Assembly: GCA_035316025.1 (NCBI GenBank)
Contig: DATFXL010000070.1
Coordinates: forward strand, 7,547 to 71,546
Length of the DNA: 64,000 bases
Direction of reading: 5' to 3'
Source of the DNA: Acidimicrobiia bacterium
GTDB taxonomy: Bacteria > Actinomycetota > Acidimicrobiia > IMCC26256 > JACDBD01
Part shown: positions 1-9,184 of the stretch, one piece after another
Numbering within the stretch: position 1 is the stretch's first letter
Layout of the letters: every line of letters begins with the position of its first letter
The notes under the pieces: generated by a model
What the model was told of the DNA's origin: nothing
The model's input: only the letters and a program-made list of their open reading frames with translations
Databases searched by the model: none
Made by a program: the position numbers and the translations under genes

Positions 1-602
1 ACGATCGAGTTGACCTGCTGACGGGTGAACGTGCCCGGCCCGAACACCGGCATGTTCCCGGGACCGGTGCGGATCGCTTCGGCCACCTCCACCGGCGTCG
101 ATCCGTGGAGCGTCGGCGCATCCCGGCCGACGCTGAGCGCGCCCCCGTCGCCGGCCGCGCTGTGGCAGGCGGCGCAGTTGTCGAGAAACAGCTGGTTCCC
201 CTCTTGCAGATCACCGGGCGGGTCGTGCACGTCGGGGATCAGCGGACCGGGCCCGAGCGACGCAACGAACGCGACGAGGTCGTCGATCTCCCCACGTGTG
301 TACGGCGAGCGCTTCGTTACCGACTGCCGGTCGGGCGCCGTGCTCGGCATGCGCCCGGTCGAGAGTTGGAAGTCGGCGGAGGCGGCGCCGACGCCCTTCA
401 GGTCGGGTCCTTGAGCGGTGCCCTCGCCGTTCTGGCCGTGGCAGGACGCGCAACCGGTGAGGAACAGCCTCCGACCGCGTTCGGCGTTGCCCTCATCCGA
501 GACGCGCGCCGGTGCCGTCGCGCCAGCTGTGTGCAGGCCGACGGCGAGCAAACCCGCCGCGAGCACGCCGCCGAGCAGTGCGAGCGCGACCCGGCGAGAC
601 AT
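1..602 (-). CDS. qcrC: Dihaem cytochrome c subunit of the bc1 (menaquinol-cytochrome c reductase) complex; N-terminal part, runs off the window edge
   Basis: Absent from the ORF track because there is no stop codon inside the window. Reverse-strand reading from the ATG at 602..600 gives MSRRVALALLGGVLAAGLLAV (signal/TM-like). Two in-frame CxxCH haem motifs follow: CASCH (452..438) and CAACH (176..162). It lies directly downstream of ctaE, as in the actinobacterial ctaE-qcrCAB arrangement. Confidence 0.8.
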   Translation of the reverse strand, partial: MSRRVALALLGGVLAAGLLAVGLHTAGATAPARVSDEGNAERGRRLFLTGCASCHGQNGEGTAQGPDLKGVGAASADFQLSTGRMPSTAPDRQSVTKRSPYTRGEIDDLVAFVASLGPGPLIPDVHDPPGDLQEGNQLFLDNCAACHSAAGDGGALSVGRDAPTLHGSTPVEVAEAIRTGPGNMPVFGPGTFTRQQVNSI

Positions 603-617
603 CCGCGTGGCTCCTGG

Positions 618-1199
618 TCACCGGATGATGAAGATCGTGGTGAACAAGCCGATCCACACGACGTCGACAAAGTGCCAGTAGTACCCGATCGAGTCGACCG
701 TGGGGCTACGGCGCGCGACCGGTCCGGGACCGGTCGCGATCGCCAACGCGACGAACATGAGGAGCAACCCTGCGGCGACGTGGAGCGCGTGGAAGCCGGT
801 CATGAGGTAGTAGATGGATCCGTACGAGTTCGACGAGATCTGGAAGTCGAGTGTCAGGAACTCCCGGATCTGGTTGGCGAGGAACAGCGAGCCCAGCCCG
901 AACGTGACGAGGATCCAGCGGATCATCCCCGCGCGGTCACCCCGCTCGAGGGACCGCACGGCGAGGATCATCGTGCCGCTCGACGCGATCAGGAACACGG
1001 TGAAGATCGCTGAAAGCAGCGTCTCGAGCTCCACGCCCGGCGGCGGCCACTGGCGGGCCTCGGCCTTGAGGGTGAAGTACGCGGCGAACAGTCCGCCGAA
1101 GAACATGAGCTCGGAAGCCAGCCAGACGACCGTGCCAACGGCCAGCATGGAGGGCTGTTGCCGGGGCTGCGTCTCCGTCGCCAGACCCTCCGCCGCCAC
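618..1199 (-). CDS. ctaE: Cytochrome c oxidase (aa3) subunit III
   Basis: 193-aa polytopic membrane protein with subunit III hallmarks (FFGGLFAAYF, GFHALHVAAGLLLM, YWHFVDVVWIGLF). Confidence 0.9.
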   Translation of the reverse strand: MAAEGLATETQPRQQPSMLAVGTVVWLASELMFFGGLFAAYFTLKAEARQWPPPGVELETLLSAIFTVFLIASSGTMILAVRSLERGDRAGMIRWILVTFGLGSLFLANQIREFLTLDFQISSNSYGSIYYLMTGFHALHVAAGLLLMFVALAIATGPGPVARRSPTVDSIGYYWHFVDVVWIGLFTTIFIIR

Positions 1200-1325
1200 G
1201 GGCGACAGGTTGGCACAAGTTTGATGGCCGCCGTCGACAAGATCCGCCTCTGCGGCCCGGTCGGCAACGTCGTCGTCGCCGCGCGAGACCGCGGGTGAAG
1301 ATTCCCCCGGTTACGGTGATCGACC

Positions 1326-2213
1326 GTGATCGCGCCCCCGGCGCCGTCGTGGAGCTCGCTCGTCACCGACTGGTCGCTCGACGTGAGCTTCCCGGTGGTG
1401 ATCGCGGCCGCGGCGCTGTACGTGGTCGGCGAACGGCGCCTGCACGCACGGGGCCGGACTTGGCCCGGGGGCCGGACTGCCGCCTTCCTCTCCGGCTTGG
1501 CGGTGATCCTCGTCGCCACCGAGTCGGAGGTCGCCGCTTACGACCGCGTCCTCTTCAGCCTCCACATCGTGCAACACATCTTGCTCGGTATGGTCGCGCC
1601 GCTGCTCCTTGTCCTCGGTGCGCCGGTGACGCTCGCGCTCCAGGCGAGCCCCCGGACGCAGCAGCGCCGCATCCTCCGTGTCCTGCGCAGCGCGCCCGTG
1701 CGCGCGCTCACGCACCCGTTGACCGCGTGGTTGCTGTTCGGCACGAGCATCGTGACGCTGTACTTCACCTCGCTCTACGAGCTGTCCCTGCGCAACGGGT
1801 GGTTCCACGTCGCGACGCACGCGTACTTCGTGCTGGCCGGGTGCCTGTTCCTGGCGCACGTCGTCGGGCTCGACCCGATTCCGCACGCGATGGGGTACGG
1901 CGCCCGCCTCCTCTATGTCGTCGTGTTGCTCCCGTTCCACACGTTCGTCGGAGTCGCACTGCTGACGATGAACACCGTGATCGCATCGGGCTGGTACTCG
2001 CGGGTCGAGCGCCGGTGGGGCGCCAGCCCGCTCGCAGACCAGCGCACGGGTGCCGGTCTGCTCTGGATCTCGGGCGAGCTGTTCGGGCTGCTCTGCATCG
2101 GGATCGTCGTGTACCAGTGGATGAGCGCGGAGGAGCGGGCGGCGGCTCGCCACGACCGCCATCTCGACGCGATCGAGGCCGTCGAGGCATCCGTGCCGCG
2201 GGGTGATGGGTAG
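1326..2213 (+). CDS. ctaG: Cytochrome c oxidase assembly protein (Caa3_CtaG family membrane protein)
   Basis: 295-aa multi-TM protein with HIVQHILLGMVAPLLLVLG and FHTFVG motifs typical of the actinobacterial/Bacillus CtaG family. Divergent from ctaE. The start codon is uncertain. Confidence 0.7.
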   Translation: MIAPPAPSWSSLVTDWSLDVSFPVVIAAAALYVVGERRLHARGRTWPGGRTAAFLSGLAVILVATESEVAAYDRVLFSLHIVQHILLGMVAPLLLVLGAPVTLALQASPRTQQRRILRVLRSAPVRALTHPLTAWLLFGTSIVTLYFTSLYELSLRNGWFHVATHAYFVLAGCLFLAHVVGLDPIPHAMGYGARLLYVVVLLPFHTFVGVALLTMNTVIASGWYSRVERRWGASPLADQRTGAGLLWISGELFGLLCIGIVVYQWMSAEERAAARHDRHLDAIEAVEASVPRGDG

Positions 2214-2252
2214 GCTCGGATCCGGGCCCACGACCGCGAAGGGATCGTCTCT

Positions 2253-2483
2253 ATGGAAGTCCGCATCGGTGTCGTGCACACGCCGAAGGAGCTGACTCTC
2301 GACCTCGCCGGCGACGTCGACGACGCGTTCAAGGCGATCGACAAGGCGATCAAGGGCGGGGACACGTTGGTCTGGCTGACCGACACGAAGGGTCGGCGCG
2401 TCGGTGTCGCCCTCGACAAGCTGGCCTACGTCGAGGTCGACTCGGAAGAGGGATCGAAGCGGGTCGGCTTCGGAAGCATCTGA
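2253..2483 (+). CDS. DUF3107-family small protein
   Basis: 76 aa beginning MEVRIGVVHTPKELTLDL, with VWLTDTKGRRVGV and YVEV. This matches my recollection of the conserved actinobacterial DUF3107 family. Good ATG start with an upstream GAAGGGA. Confidence 0.65.
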   Translation: MEVRIGVVHTPKELTLDLAGDVDDAFKAIDKAIKGGDTLVWLTDTKGRRVGVALDKLAYVEVDSEEGSKRVGFGSI

Positions 2484-2485
2484 CC

Positions 2486-3451
2486 GTGCGACCCGCGCCC
2501 GACCTCCTGGGGCGGCGCCTGCTGTTCTTCACCGGCAAGGGCGGGGTCGGCAAGAGCACGGTCACCGCAGCCACGGCGCTCCTTGCCGCCGACCGCGGTC
2601 AGCGCGTGCTCGTCGTCGAGGCCGACGCCAAAGGCGCGATTCCCGGTCACTTCGAGCAGCCGACCGTCGGCTTCCAGCCGCGCGAGGTGTACCCGGGTGT
2701 CTGCGCGATGGCGATGCGCACCGAGGATTCCCTGAAGGAGTACCTTCGGCTCAACCTGCGCGTCCCCGTCCTCGGCCGCCTCGGTCCGCTGGCACGGGTG
2801 CTCGACTTCGTCGCCACGGCCGCGCCCGGCGTGAAGGAGATCCTCACTGTCGGCAAGGTGTGCTGGGAGGTGCGCGAGTCGATCGAGGGGCGGGCGGACT
2901 GGGACCTCGTCGTCGTCGACGCCGCCGCCACCGGCCACATCATCGGGCAGCTCGACGCACCGCGCGCCATCCAGGAGCTCGTTTCGGTGGGCATGGTGCG
3001 GGAGCAGACGGACTGGATGGTCGAGCTGCTCTCGGACGCGTCGATCACGGGCCTGAACGTTGTCGCCACACCCGAGGAGATGCCGGTCAACGAGACGATC
3101 GAGCTCGTGGAGCGTGCCCGCGCCGAGTTGTCAGTGCCCCTCGGCGCCGTCGTCGTCAACCGGGTCCTCCCCGAGCTGTTCACGCACGCCGATGAGGAGG
3201 CCTTCGAGGCCTTGCGCAGCGACGAAGCGGGCGGGGTGCTGACGGCGCGGATCGGATCGGGATCGACCGCAGTCCTCGACGCCGCCCGCCTCGCGGTGTC
3301 GTTGCGACGGACCCGGGCGACTCACCTGGCCGAGCTGCGACAGGCGGTCGACCTCCCGATGCTGTATCTGCCCTACCTGTTCGTCCGCGACCAGGGCCTG
3401 CGCGTCACGAAGATGGTCGCCGACTCCCTCGCGCAGGAGCTGGGGCTGTGA
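2486..3451 (+). CDS. ArsA/Get3-like P-loop ATPase (first of a pair)
   Basis: N-terminal deviant Walker A FFTGKGGVGKST and ArsA-type architecture. Its end overlaps the start of the next ArsA-like gene by 4 nt (3448..3451). Confidence 0.8.
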   Translation: MRPAPDLLGRRLLFFTGKGGVGKSTVTAATALLAADRGQRVLVVEADAKGAIPGHFEQPTVGFQPREVYPGVCAMAMRTEDSLKEYLRLNLRVPVLGRLGPLARVLDFVATAAPGVKEILTVGKVCWEVRESIEGRADWDLVVVDAAATGHIIGQLDAPRAIQELVSVGMVREQTDWMVELLSDASITGLNVVATPEEMPVNETIELVERARAELSVPLGAVVVNRVLPELFTHADEEAFEALRSDEAGGVLTARIGSGSTAVLDAARLAVSLRRTRATHLAELRQAVDLPMLYLPYLFVRDQGLRVTKMVADSLAQELGL

Positions 3452-4650
3452 CCGACGCTCAGCACCGCATGGCGAGCATCGAGTCGCTGCTCGCCACGAA
3501 GGAGATCGTGATCTTCTGCGGGTCGGGCGGCGTCGGGAAGACCTCGGTCGCGGCCGCCGCCGGCGTAGCGGCCGCGACACGGCTGGGCGGCAAGGTGCTG
3601 GTGCTCACGATCGACCCCGCCCGCCGGCTCGCCAGCGCGCTCGGCCTCGAGGGCTTCGGCAACGTCGAGAAAGAGGTGCCGGTGGAGGCGTTCAAGGCGG
3701 CGGGGCTCGAGCCGCGAGGCCAGCTGTTCGCGGCGCAGCTCGACACGAAGCGGTCGTGGGACGAGCTCGTCCTGCGTCACGCGCCCGATGACGAGACTGC
3801 GTACCGCGTCCTCGAGAACCGCCTGTACACGAACATCACGGGCCGCTTCGTCCAGAGCCACGACTACATCGCGATGGAGCGGCTCTTCGATGTCCACGCG
3901 ACGGGGCGCTACGACCTCATCGTCATCGACACGCCGCCGACCCGGAACGCCATCGACTTCCTCGAGGCACCGAGCCGCATGGCCGACTTCTTCGGCGGAC
4001 GCCTGCTGCGGTGGCTGACGATGCCGTACCGGATGGGCGGGCGGCGCGGCGCGCGCGTCCTCAACGTCGCCAGCCGGCCGTTCTATCAACTCGCAGATCG
4101 GATCCTCGGGAGCCAGTTCCTGCAGGACATCGCCGAATTCTTCCTCAGCTTCCAGTCGATGTACGAAGGCTTCGCGCAACGGGCGGCGGCGGTCGAGCGG
4201 CTCCTGCACGACCGGCGCACGACGTTCGCAGTGGTGACCACGCTCGAGGGCGCACCTCTGCGAGAAGCGCAGTTCTTCTGCGAGCAGCTCACGAAGCACG
4301 ACTTCAACCTGGGCGCTCTCGTTCTCAACAAGACGTTGCCCGACTATCTGTTGTCCGCTGACGGCCTGCACGCGGCGGACGTCCTGTCCGCCGACGCGGG
4401 ACCGATCGCCGAGGAGCTCTCCGCCACCGGCGTCCCCGATCTTGCCGATGCGCTGCGCACCGCGCGCGTGCTCCGCACGATCGGCGAGTCGTTCAAGAAC
4501 TTCGCCGTCGTCGCCACGAGGGAAGCGGAGCTCAAGACGGAGCTCGGGCGGGTGCCTGAGGTCGTGGCCAACGTGCCGAACTTCGAGGTTGACATCTACG
4601 ACGTCACCGGCCTCGCGCGCATCGGAGACGCGCTCTTCGGCCTCACCTGA
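3448..4650 (+). CDS. ArsA/Get3-like P-loop ATPase (second of a pair)
   Basis: Walker A FCGSGGVGKTS and DLIVIDTPPT (Walker B/switch). The paired arrangement resembles the mycobacterial Rv3679/Rv3680 pair. Confidence 0.8.
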   Translation: MTDAQHRMASIESLLATKEIVIFCGSGGVGKTSVAAAAGVAAATRLGGKVLVLTIDPARRLASALGLEGFGNVEKEVPVEAFKAAGLEPRGQLFAAQLDTKRSWDELVLRHAPDDETAYRVLENRLYTNITGRFVQSHDYIAMERLFDVHATGRYDLIVIDTPPTRNAIDFLEAPSRMADFFGGRLLRWLTMPYRMGGRRGARVLNVASRPFYQLADRILGSQFLQDIAEFFLSFQSMYEGFAQRAAAVERLLHDRRTTFAVVTTLEGAPLREAQFFCEQLTKHDFNLGALVLNKTLPDYLLSADGLHAADVLSADAGPIAEELSATGVPDLADALRTARVLRTIGESFKNFAVVATREAELKTELGRVPEVVANVPNFEVDIYDVTGLARIGDALFGLT

Positions 4651-4739
4651 CGGCCGTTGTCACACGTGCGCGGTCCATGGGCGCGTTTCTGTGACAACGT
4701 AGACGGGGCGGTGCCCCACTTCGCCGGTACCATCACCGC

Positions 4740-6224
4740 ATGGCGCTCGGGTTCGAGTTGGCGCGCACGAACACCGCAATCGGCGGCGCCGCGCTCGCCC
4801 ACGCCCGGCGGCTCATGGCGTCGTGGCAGGTGCTGGCGGACCTGTGCTTCGCAGACCTCCTGTTCCTCGCTCCCGTGCACGGGGAGGAAGGTCACCGCTT
4901 CGTAGTGCTCGGCCAGGTCCGTCCCACCACCGACCAGACCCTGTACACGAACGACATGGTCGGCACGGTGGTCGGGGAGATCGAGCGGCCCCTCGTCAGC
5001 CGGGCCTGGCGCGACGGGGCGATCGTCGAGGGGGAGACCAAGGCCCTGGCGTCGACCGAGCGGGCCCGGATCAAGTGCGTCCCCGTCCGCTGCGAGGGCG
5101 AGCTCATCGGACTCGTCACCCGGGAGACGCCGCTGACGTTCGGCCGGCGTCCCGGGTCACTCGAACGGCAGTACTCCGAGGTGTTCGAGCGCTTCGCCCG
5201 GATGCTCACCGAAGGAAGCTTCCCGTTCCCGCGCGATGAGGTCGAGTTCGAGGACGCCCCCCGCGTCGCCGACGGCGTCATCATCCTCGACGGCGACGCG
5301 CAGATCCGCTTCGCGAGCCCGAACGCGATCAGCTCGTTGCACCGGATGGGCATCCATGCCTACGCGTCGGGGCAGCGGTTGGCCGAGATCGGGTTCGACC
5401 AGGACGCGGTCGATACCGCGCTGCGGGCCCGCCTGCCCGTTACCGAGGAGGTCGAGCGCGGCGACGTGTCCATCCTGATCCACGCCATCCCGCTGCTCGC
5501 GTCGGGGGACGCGCTCGGTGTGTTGCTGCTCATGCGCGACGTGACCGACCTCCGGCGACGCGACCGCATGCTGCTCTCGAAGGACGCGACCATCCGCGAA
5601 ATCCACCACCGCGTGAAGAACAACCTCCAGACGATCGCGGCGTTGCTTCGCCTCCAGGGGCGCCGTCTCGCCTCCGAGGAGGCGCAGGAGGCGATCGAGG
5701 AGTCGGAGCGGCGGATCCGGTCGATCGCGATCGTGCACGAGACGCTGTCACGGGAGGCCGGTGACGTCGTCCCGTTCCGCGACGTCGTGAAGCCGCTCGT
5801 GCGGTCGGTGGAGGAGACCGTCTCGACGCCCGACGTGAAGCTCCGCTTCGAGGTCGAGGGCGACGCCGGCAACCTCCGCGGCGACGTCGCCACCGCGCTC
5901 GCCGTGGTGCTCAACGAGCTGATGCAGAACGCGGTCGATCATGCGTTCCCGCGCGACGGCGCCGGCCCGAGCGAGGGGAGCGTGTTCGTGCGGGTGGCGC
6001 GCCTCGACCACGAGCTGATCGTCGAGGTGATCGACGACGGCGTCGGCCTCCCGTCGGGGTTCACGATGGAATCGTCGAGGGGGCTCGGCCTGTCGATCGT
6101 GCAGGCGCTCGTCCACGGCGAGCTCGGCGGCTCGATGGAGCTGGGCCCGTCGACGCGCGGGCCGGGCGGGACGTACGTCCGCTTGCGAGTCCCGCTGGCG
6201 CAGAGCGCGCCAGTCGAACTGTGA
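4740..6224 (+). CDS. pdtaS: Soluble GAF/PAS sensor histidine kinase, PdtaS-like (HisKA_2 type)
   Basis: H-box EIHHRVKNNLQTIAALLRLQ; HATPase motifs NELMQNAVDHAF, DDGVGLP and GLGLSIV; no TM segments. Adjacent to a whiB1-like gene, as in M. tuberculosis (Rv3220c/Rv3219). Confidence 0.8.
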   Translation: MALGFELARTNTAIGGAALAHARRLMASWQVLADLCFADLLFLAPVHGEEGHRFVVLGQVRPTTDQTLYTNDMVGTVVGEIERPLVSRAWRDGAIVEGETKALASTERARIKCVPVRCEGELIGLVTRETPLTFGRRPGSLERQYSEVFERFARMLTEGSFPFPRDEVEFEDAPRVADGVIILDGDAQIRFASPNAISSLHRMGIHAYASGQRLAEIGFDQDAVDTALRARLPVTEEVERGDVSILIHAIPLLASGDALGVLLLMRDVTDLRRRDRMLLSKDATIREIHHRVKNNLQTIAALLRLQGRRLASEEAQEAIEESERRIRSIAIVHETLSREAGDVVPFRDVVKPLVRSVEETVSTPDVKLRFEVEGDAGNLRGDVATALAVVLNELMQNAVDHAFPRDGAGPSEGSVFVRVARLDHELIVEVIDDGVGLPSGFTMESSRGLGLSIVQALVHGELGGSMELGPSTRGPGGTYVRLRVPLAQSAPVEL

Positions 6225-6250
6225 GCAGCGGGGTGCCGGCCGGGGCGGAG

Positions 6251-6571
6251 CTAGCTGGCGGCGCGCCGCTGCTTCGCGAGCCAGGCCTTCCGCAGCTTGC
6301 GGCGTTCTTCTTCGGTCGTCCCGCCCCAGACGCCCGCCTCCTGGTTGGTGGCGAGGGCGAACTCGAGGCATTCGTCGTTCACGTCGCAGGCGGTGCAGAT
6401 CCGCCTGGCGGTCTCGATCTGCTCGAGCGCGGGGCCGGTGCTGCCGATCGGGAAGAAGATGTCGGGGTCGGAATCGCGGCACGCAGAGCGATCGCGCCAC
6501 GCGTCCACGTCCCAGTCGTGGGTTCTGATCCAAGTGAGCGCCACGAAGCCTCCGGTACTCGTGGTCTTCAT
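6251..6571 (-). CDS. whiB: WhiB-family Fe-S transcription factor (WhiB1-like)
   Basis: This is the C-terminal 106 codons of the 6251..7261 ORF, starting at the internal ATG (6571..6569). It carries the four-Cys pattern C-x27-C-x2-C-x5-C (SACRD...RICTACDVNDEC), the GVWGG turn and a basic tail. The upstream part of the ORF is antisense to glpQ. Confidence 0.85.
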   Translation of the reverse strand: MKTTSTGGFVALTWIRTHDWDVDAWRDRSACRDSDPDIFFPIGSTGPALEQIETARRICTACDVNDECLEFALATNQEAGVWGGTTEEERRKLRKAWLAKQRRAAS

Positions 6572-6730
6572 GCGTCGTCGTACGACTGCAGAACCTGCGC
6601 TCGTGCGCACGTTCACAAGCATCCTCGGCCTGCCCCGCTCGAGGTGACACCGCAGAGTATTGACCGCAGAACGGGCGCGCAAGGGGCAATTTTCGTCTGT
6701 CGGGCGGCCTGACCTGCGGTTCTGCGACGA

Positions 6731-7447
6731 ATGACCACTGCCGTCCCACGCGTTCTGGCGCACCGGGGCGCCACCGCGGTGGCGCCGGGGAACACGCTCG
6801 AGGCGTTCGTGGCCGCGAGCGCGCTCGGGGCCGACGGCGTCGAGCTCGACGTGCACCGGACGGCCGACGGCGGGCTTGTCGTCCACCACGACGCCAGCGC
6901 GCCCGGGCTGGGGGTGCTCGCGGAGCGCACTCGAGCCGAGATCCGGGCCGCCCGGCCCGAGATCCCCACCCTCGACGAGGCGCTCGAGGCGTGCGCAGGG
7001 ATGCTCGTGAACATCGAGGTGAAGAACCTGCCCGGCGACGCCGACTACGACCCGGACGAGGCCGTGGCGGCCGGCGTGGTCGAGCTGCTCACGCGGCGAG
7101 GCCTCCGGGACGACGTGCTGGTCTCGTCGTTCAACCTCGAGTCCGTCGATCGCGTGCGCGAGCTCGACACCTCGCTCCCGACCGGGTTCCTCGTGCTCGT
7201 CGGCATGGACCCGGTCGACGGGGTCGACCTGGCGCACTCCCACGGGCACGGCGCCGCGCATCCCGATGTGCGCGCGCTCGCACGCGGAGCCGCCGCCGCA
7301 ACGATCTCACGCGCCCACGACCTCGGGATGACGGTGAACGTGTGGACCGTGAACGACGAGGAGGAGATGCGGCGGCTCGCCGCCGCCGGCGCGGACGCCC
7401 TCATCACCGACGTCCCCGACGTTGCCCGCCGCGTGCTGGGCGCGTAA
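6731..7447 (+). CDS. Glycerophosphodiester phosphodiesterase family protein
   Basis: LAHRGA..PGNTLEAF..GADGVELDVHRTADGGLVVHHD catalytic His/Glu/Asp pattern of the GDPD family. Confidence 0.8.
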   Translation: MTTAVPRVLAHRGATAVAPGNTLEAFVAASALGADGVELDVHRTADGGLVVHHDASAPGLGVLAERTRAEIRAARPEIPTLDEALEACAGMLVNIEVKNLPGDADYDPDEAVAAGVVELLTRRGLRDDVLVSSFNLESVDRVRELDTSLPTGFLVLVGMDPVDGVDLAHSHGHGAAHPDVRALARGAAAATISRAHDLGMTVNVWTVNDEEEMRRLAAAGADALITDVPDVARRVLGA

Positions 7448-7451
7448 CGCA

Positions 7452-8369
7452 TCATGGGGGCATGACGATCGTGAGCGCGTCGGGCATCCACGAGATCGTG
7501 AGGTGCTCGGTGTCGCCGAGGTAGTCGCCGTCGATCTGCCAGGGAAACGGTCCGTCTCCGACGACCGTGAGCGACCGCACATCGCGGCGCTGGAGAACCT
7601 TCGGGTGTTGCATCAGTCGCTGCCCGCCGTTGAGCGCGGCGGCCGCCCCGCCGAGGACCGTCGCCAGGCCGATCGAACGGAACAGCGTCACGGTGAGCGG
7701 CACGTCGAGGCCGGCGTGCGGAGCGAGCATCAGCGGCCGCTTCCCGAGGTATGCCCAGGGTCGTTGGTTCGAGACGATCGTGAAAGCGGAATCGCCGAGC
7801 GACTCGCCGTCCCCGAGCTCCACCCGGAACCGGGGCCGGCGGCGGTCGTACCGGCGCAACCACGTGTCGATCGTGGCGGCGACGAACAGTGGGTGGGTCC
7901 CGTACCGCTTCAGGAAGGATCGCCGCTCGACCCGGGCGATGACGGCCGCGTCGAAACCGAGGCCGGCATGGAAGAGGAAGCGCCGACCCTCGGCGACGCC
8001 GAGGCCGACGCGCTCGAACCTGCGTCGGTCGAGCGACTGCGCGAGTCGCTCGGCGGCCTGCACGGGGTCGTAGGCGACGCCGATGCTGCGCGCGAAGACG
8101 TTGGTCGATCCGCCCGGCAGAGGCGCCAGGGCGGTGGTGCTTCCGGCCAGGCCGTCGGCGGCTTCGCTGAGCGTCCCGTCACCGCCGAGCACGACGACCA
8201 CGTCGACGCCCTCGAGGGCGGCGCCCCGCGCGATGCGGGCGGCGTGCCCGCGCCGCGACGTTTCCTCGACCTCGAGCTTGTGATCGGCACCCAGGACACG
8301 TTGTACGAGCACGCGCCGCCGCGCCGTGACCGCCGTCGCCGTCTCGTTCACGATCAGGAGAAGACGCAT
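7452..8369 (-). CDS. Diacylglycerol/lipid kinase family protein (YegS/DagK type)
   Basis: Starts at the internal ATG 8369..8367 (MRLLLIVNE). Has the GGDGT motif (VVLGGDGTLSEA) and PLPGGSTNVFAR. Confidence 0.8.
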   Translation of the reverse strand: MRLLLIVNETATAVTARRRVLVQRVLGADHKLEVEETSRRGHAARIARGAALEGVDVVVVLGGDGTLSEAADGLAGSTTALAPLPGGSTNVFARSIGVAYDPVQAAERLAQSLDRRRFERVGLGVAEGRRFLFHAGLGFDAAVIARVERRSFLKRYGTHPLFVAATIDTWLRRYDRRRPRFRVELGDGESLGDSAFTIVSNQRPWAYLGKRPLMLAPHAGLDVPLTVTLFRSIGLATVLGGAAAALNGGQRLMQHPKVLQRRDVRSLTVVGDGPFPWQIDGDYLGDTEHLTISWMPDALTIVMPP

Positions 8370-8470
8370 CTTGTTCCTTTGACGGCCTCGCAGGATCCGG
8401 CTCTGCGACGACGGCCGACCAAGCCGCCAACGCCGCGGCTCGGCACCGTACCCGCGCGTACGATCCGGAC

Positions 8471-9184
8471 GTGGTACGAGCCGCGCCTCGACAGTCCGGC
8501 GCACTGGCCGAGCTCACCGAAGAGATCGTCGAGTGCCGCGCGTGCCCGCGCCTCGTCGAATGGCGTGAGGCGGTGGCTCGTGAGAAGCGTGCCGCGTTTC
8601 GAGACGAGGCGTACTGGGGGCGACCCGTCCCCGGCTTCGGCGACCCCCGCGCCCGGCTCCTTGTCACCGGACTCGCGCCGGCCGCCCACGGCGGCAACCG
8701 CACGGGCCGCATCTTCACCGGCGACCGCTCGGGCGATTGGTTGTTCGGTGCGCTGTACCGGAACGGCTACGCCAATCAGCCGACCTCCCTCAGCGCCGAC
8801 GACGGGCTCGAGCTACGCGACGCGTACGTCGCCGCCGCCGTCCGGTGCGCGCCGCCGGCAAACAAGCCGACGCCGGCCGAGCGCGACCGGTGCCTGTCGT
8901 ACCTCGTGCGCGAGCTGGAGCTGCTCGACCGGGTGCGGGTCATCGTCGTGCTCGGACAGTTCGCCTACGACGCCACCGCCCGCGTCCTCGCCGCCGGTGG
9001 GTCGTCACTCCCGTCCCCCCGTCCCCGGTTCGGCCACGGCGTCGAGGTCGAGTCGGACCGGGCCGTCGTCCTCTGCTGCTATCACCCGAGCCAGCAGAAC
9101 ACGTTCACCGGCAAGCTGACGGAGTCGATGCTCGACGCCGTGTTCGCGCGGGCGCGCTCACTTTCGACGCGCTCCCGACGCTAG
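8471..9184 (+). CDS. Uracil-DNA glycosylase superfamily protein, Fe-S family 4/5 (UdgB-like)
   Basis: ECRACPRL cysteine cluster, GLAPAAHGGNRTGRIFTGD active-site loop (the GLAPAxHG form is typical of family 5), and C-terminal HPS..N motif (CCYHPSQQN). Confidence 0.75.
   Translation: MVRAAPRQSGALAELTEEIVECRACPRLVEWREAVAREKRAAFRDEAYWGRPVPGFGDPRARLLVTGLAPAAHGGNRTGRIFTGDRSGDWLFGALYRNGYANQPTSLSADDGLELRDAYVAAAVRCAPPANKPTPAERDRCLSYLVRELELLDRVRVIVVLGQFAYDATARVLAAGGSSLPSPRPRFGHGVEVESDRAVVLCCYHPSQQNTFTGKLTESMLDAVFARARSLSTRSRR

Noticed and set aside
6572-7261. N-terminal 230 codons of the 336-aa - strand ORF containing whiB
   Set aside because: WhiB proteins are about 80-110 aa. The upstream extension is antisense to the GDPD-family gene and crosses an obviously non-coding, repeat-rich gap. 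The internal ATG at 6571 gives a canonical WhiB.
7422-9119. 565-aa + strand ORF spanning the DAG-kinase and UDG regions
   Set aside because: Its first half is antisense to the DAG-kinase-like gene (GGDGT motif on the minus strand). Its second half is out of frame with the UDG gene, whose Fe-S/GLAPAAHG motifs identify the real frame.
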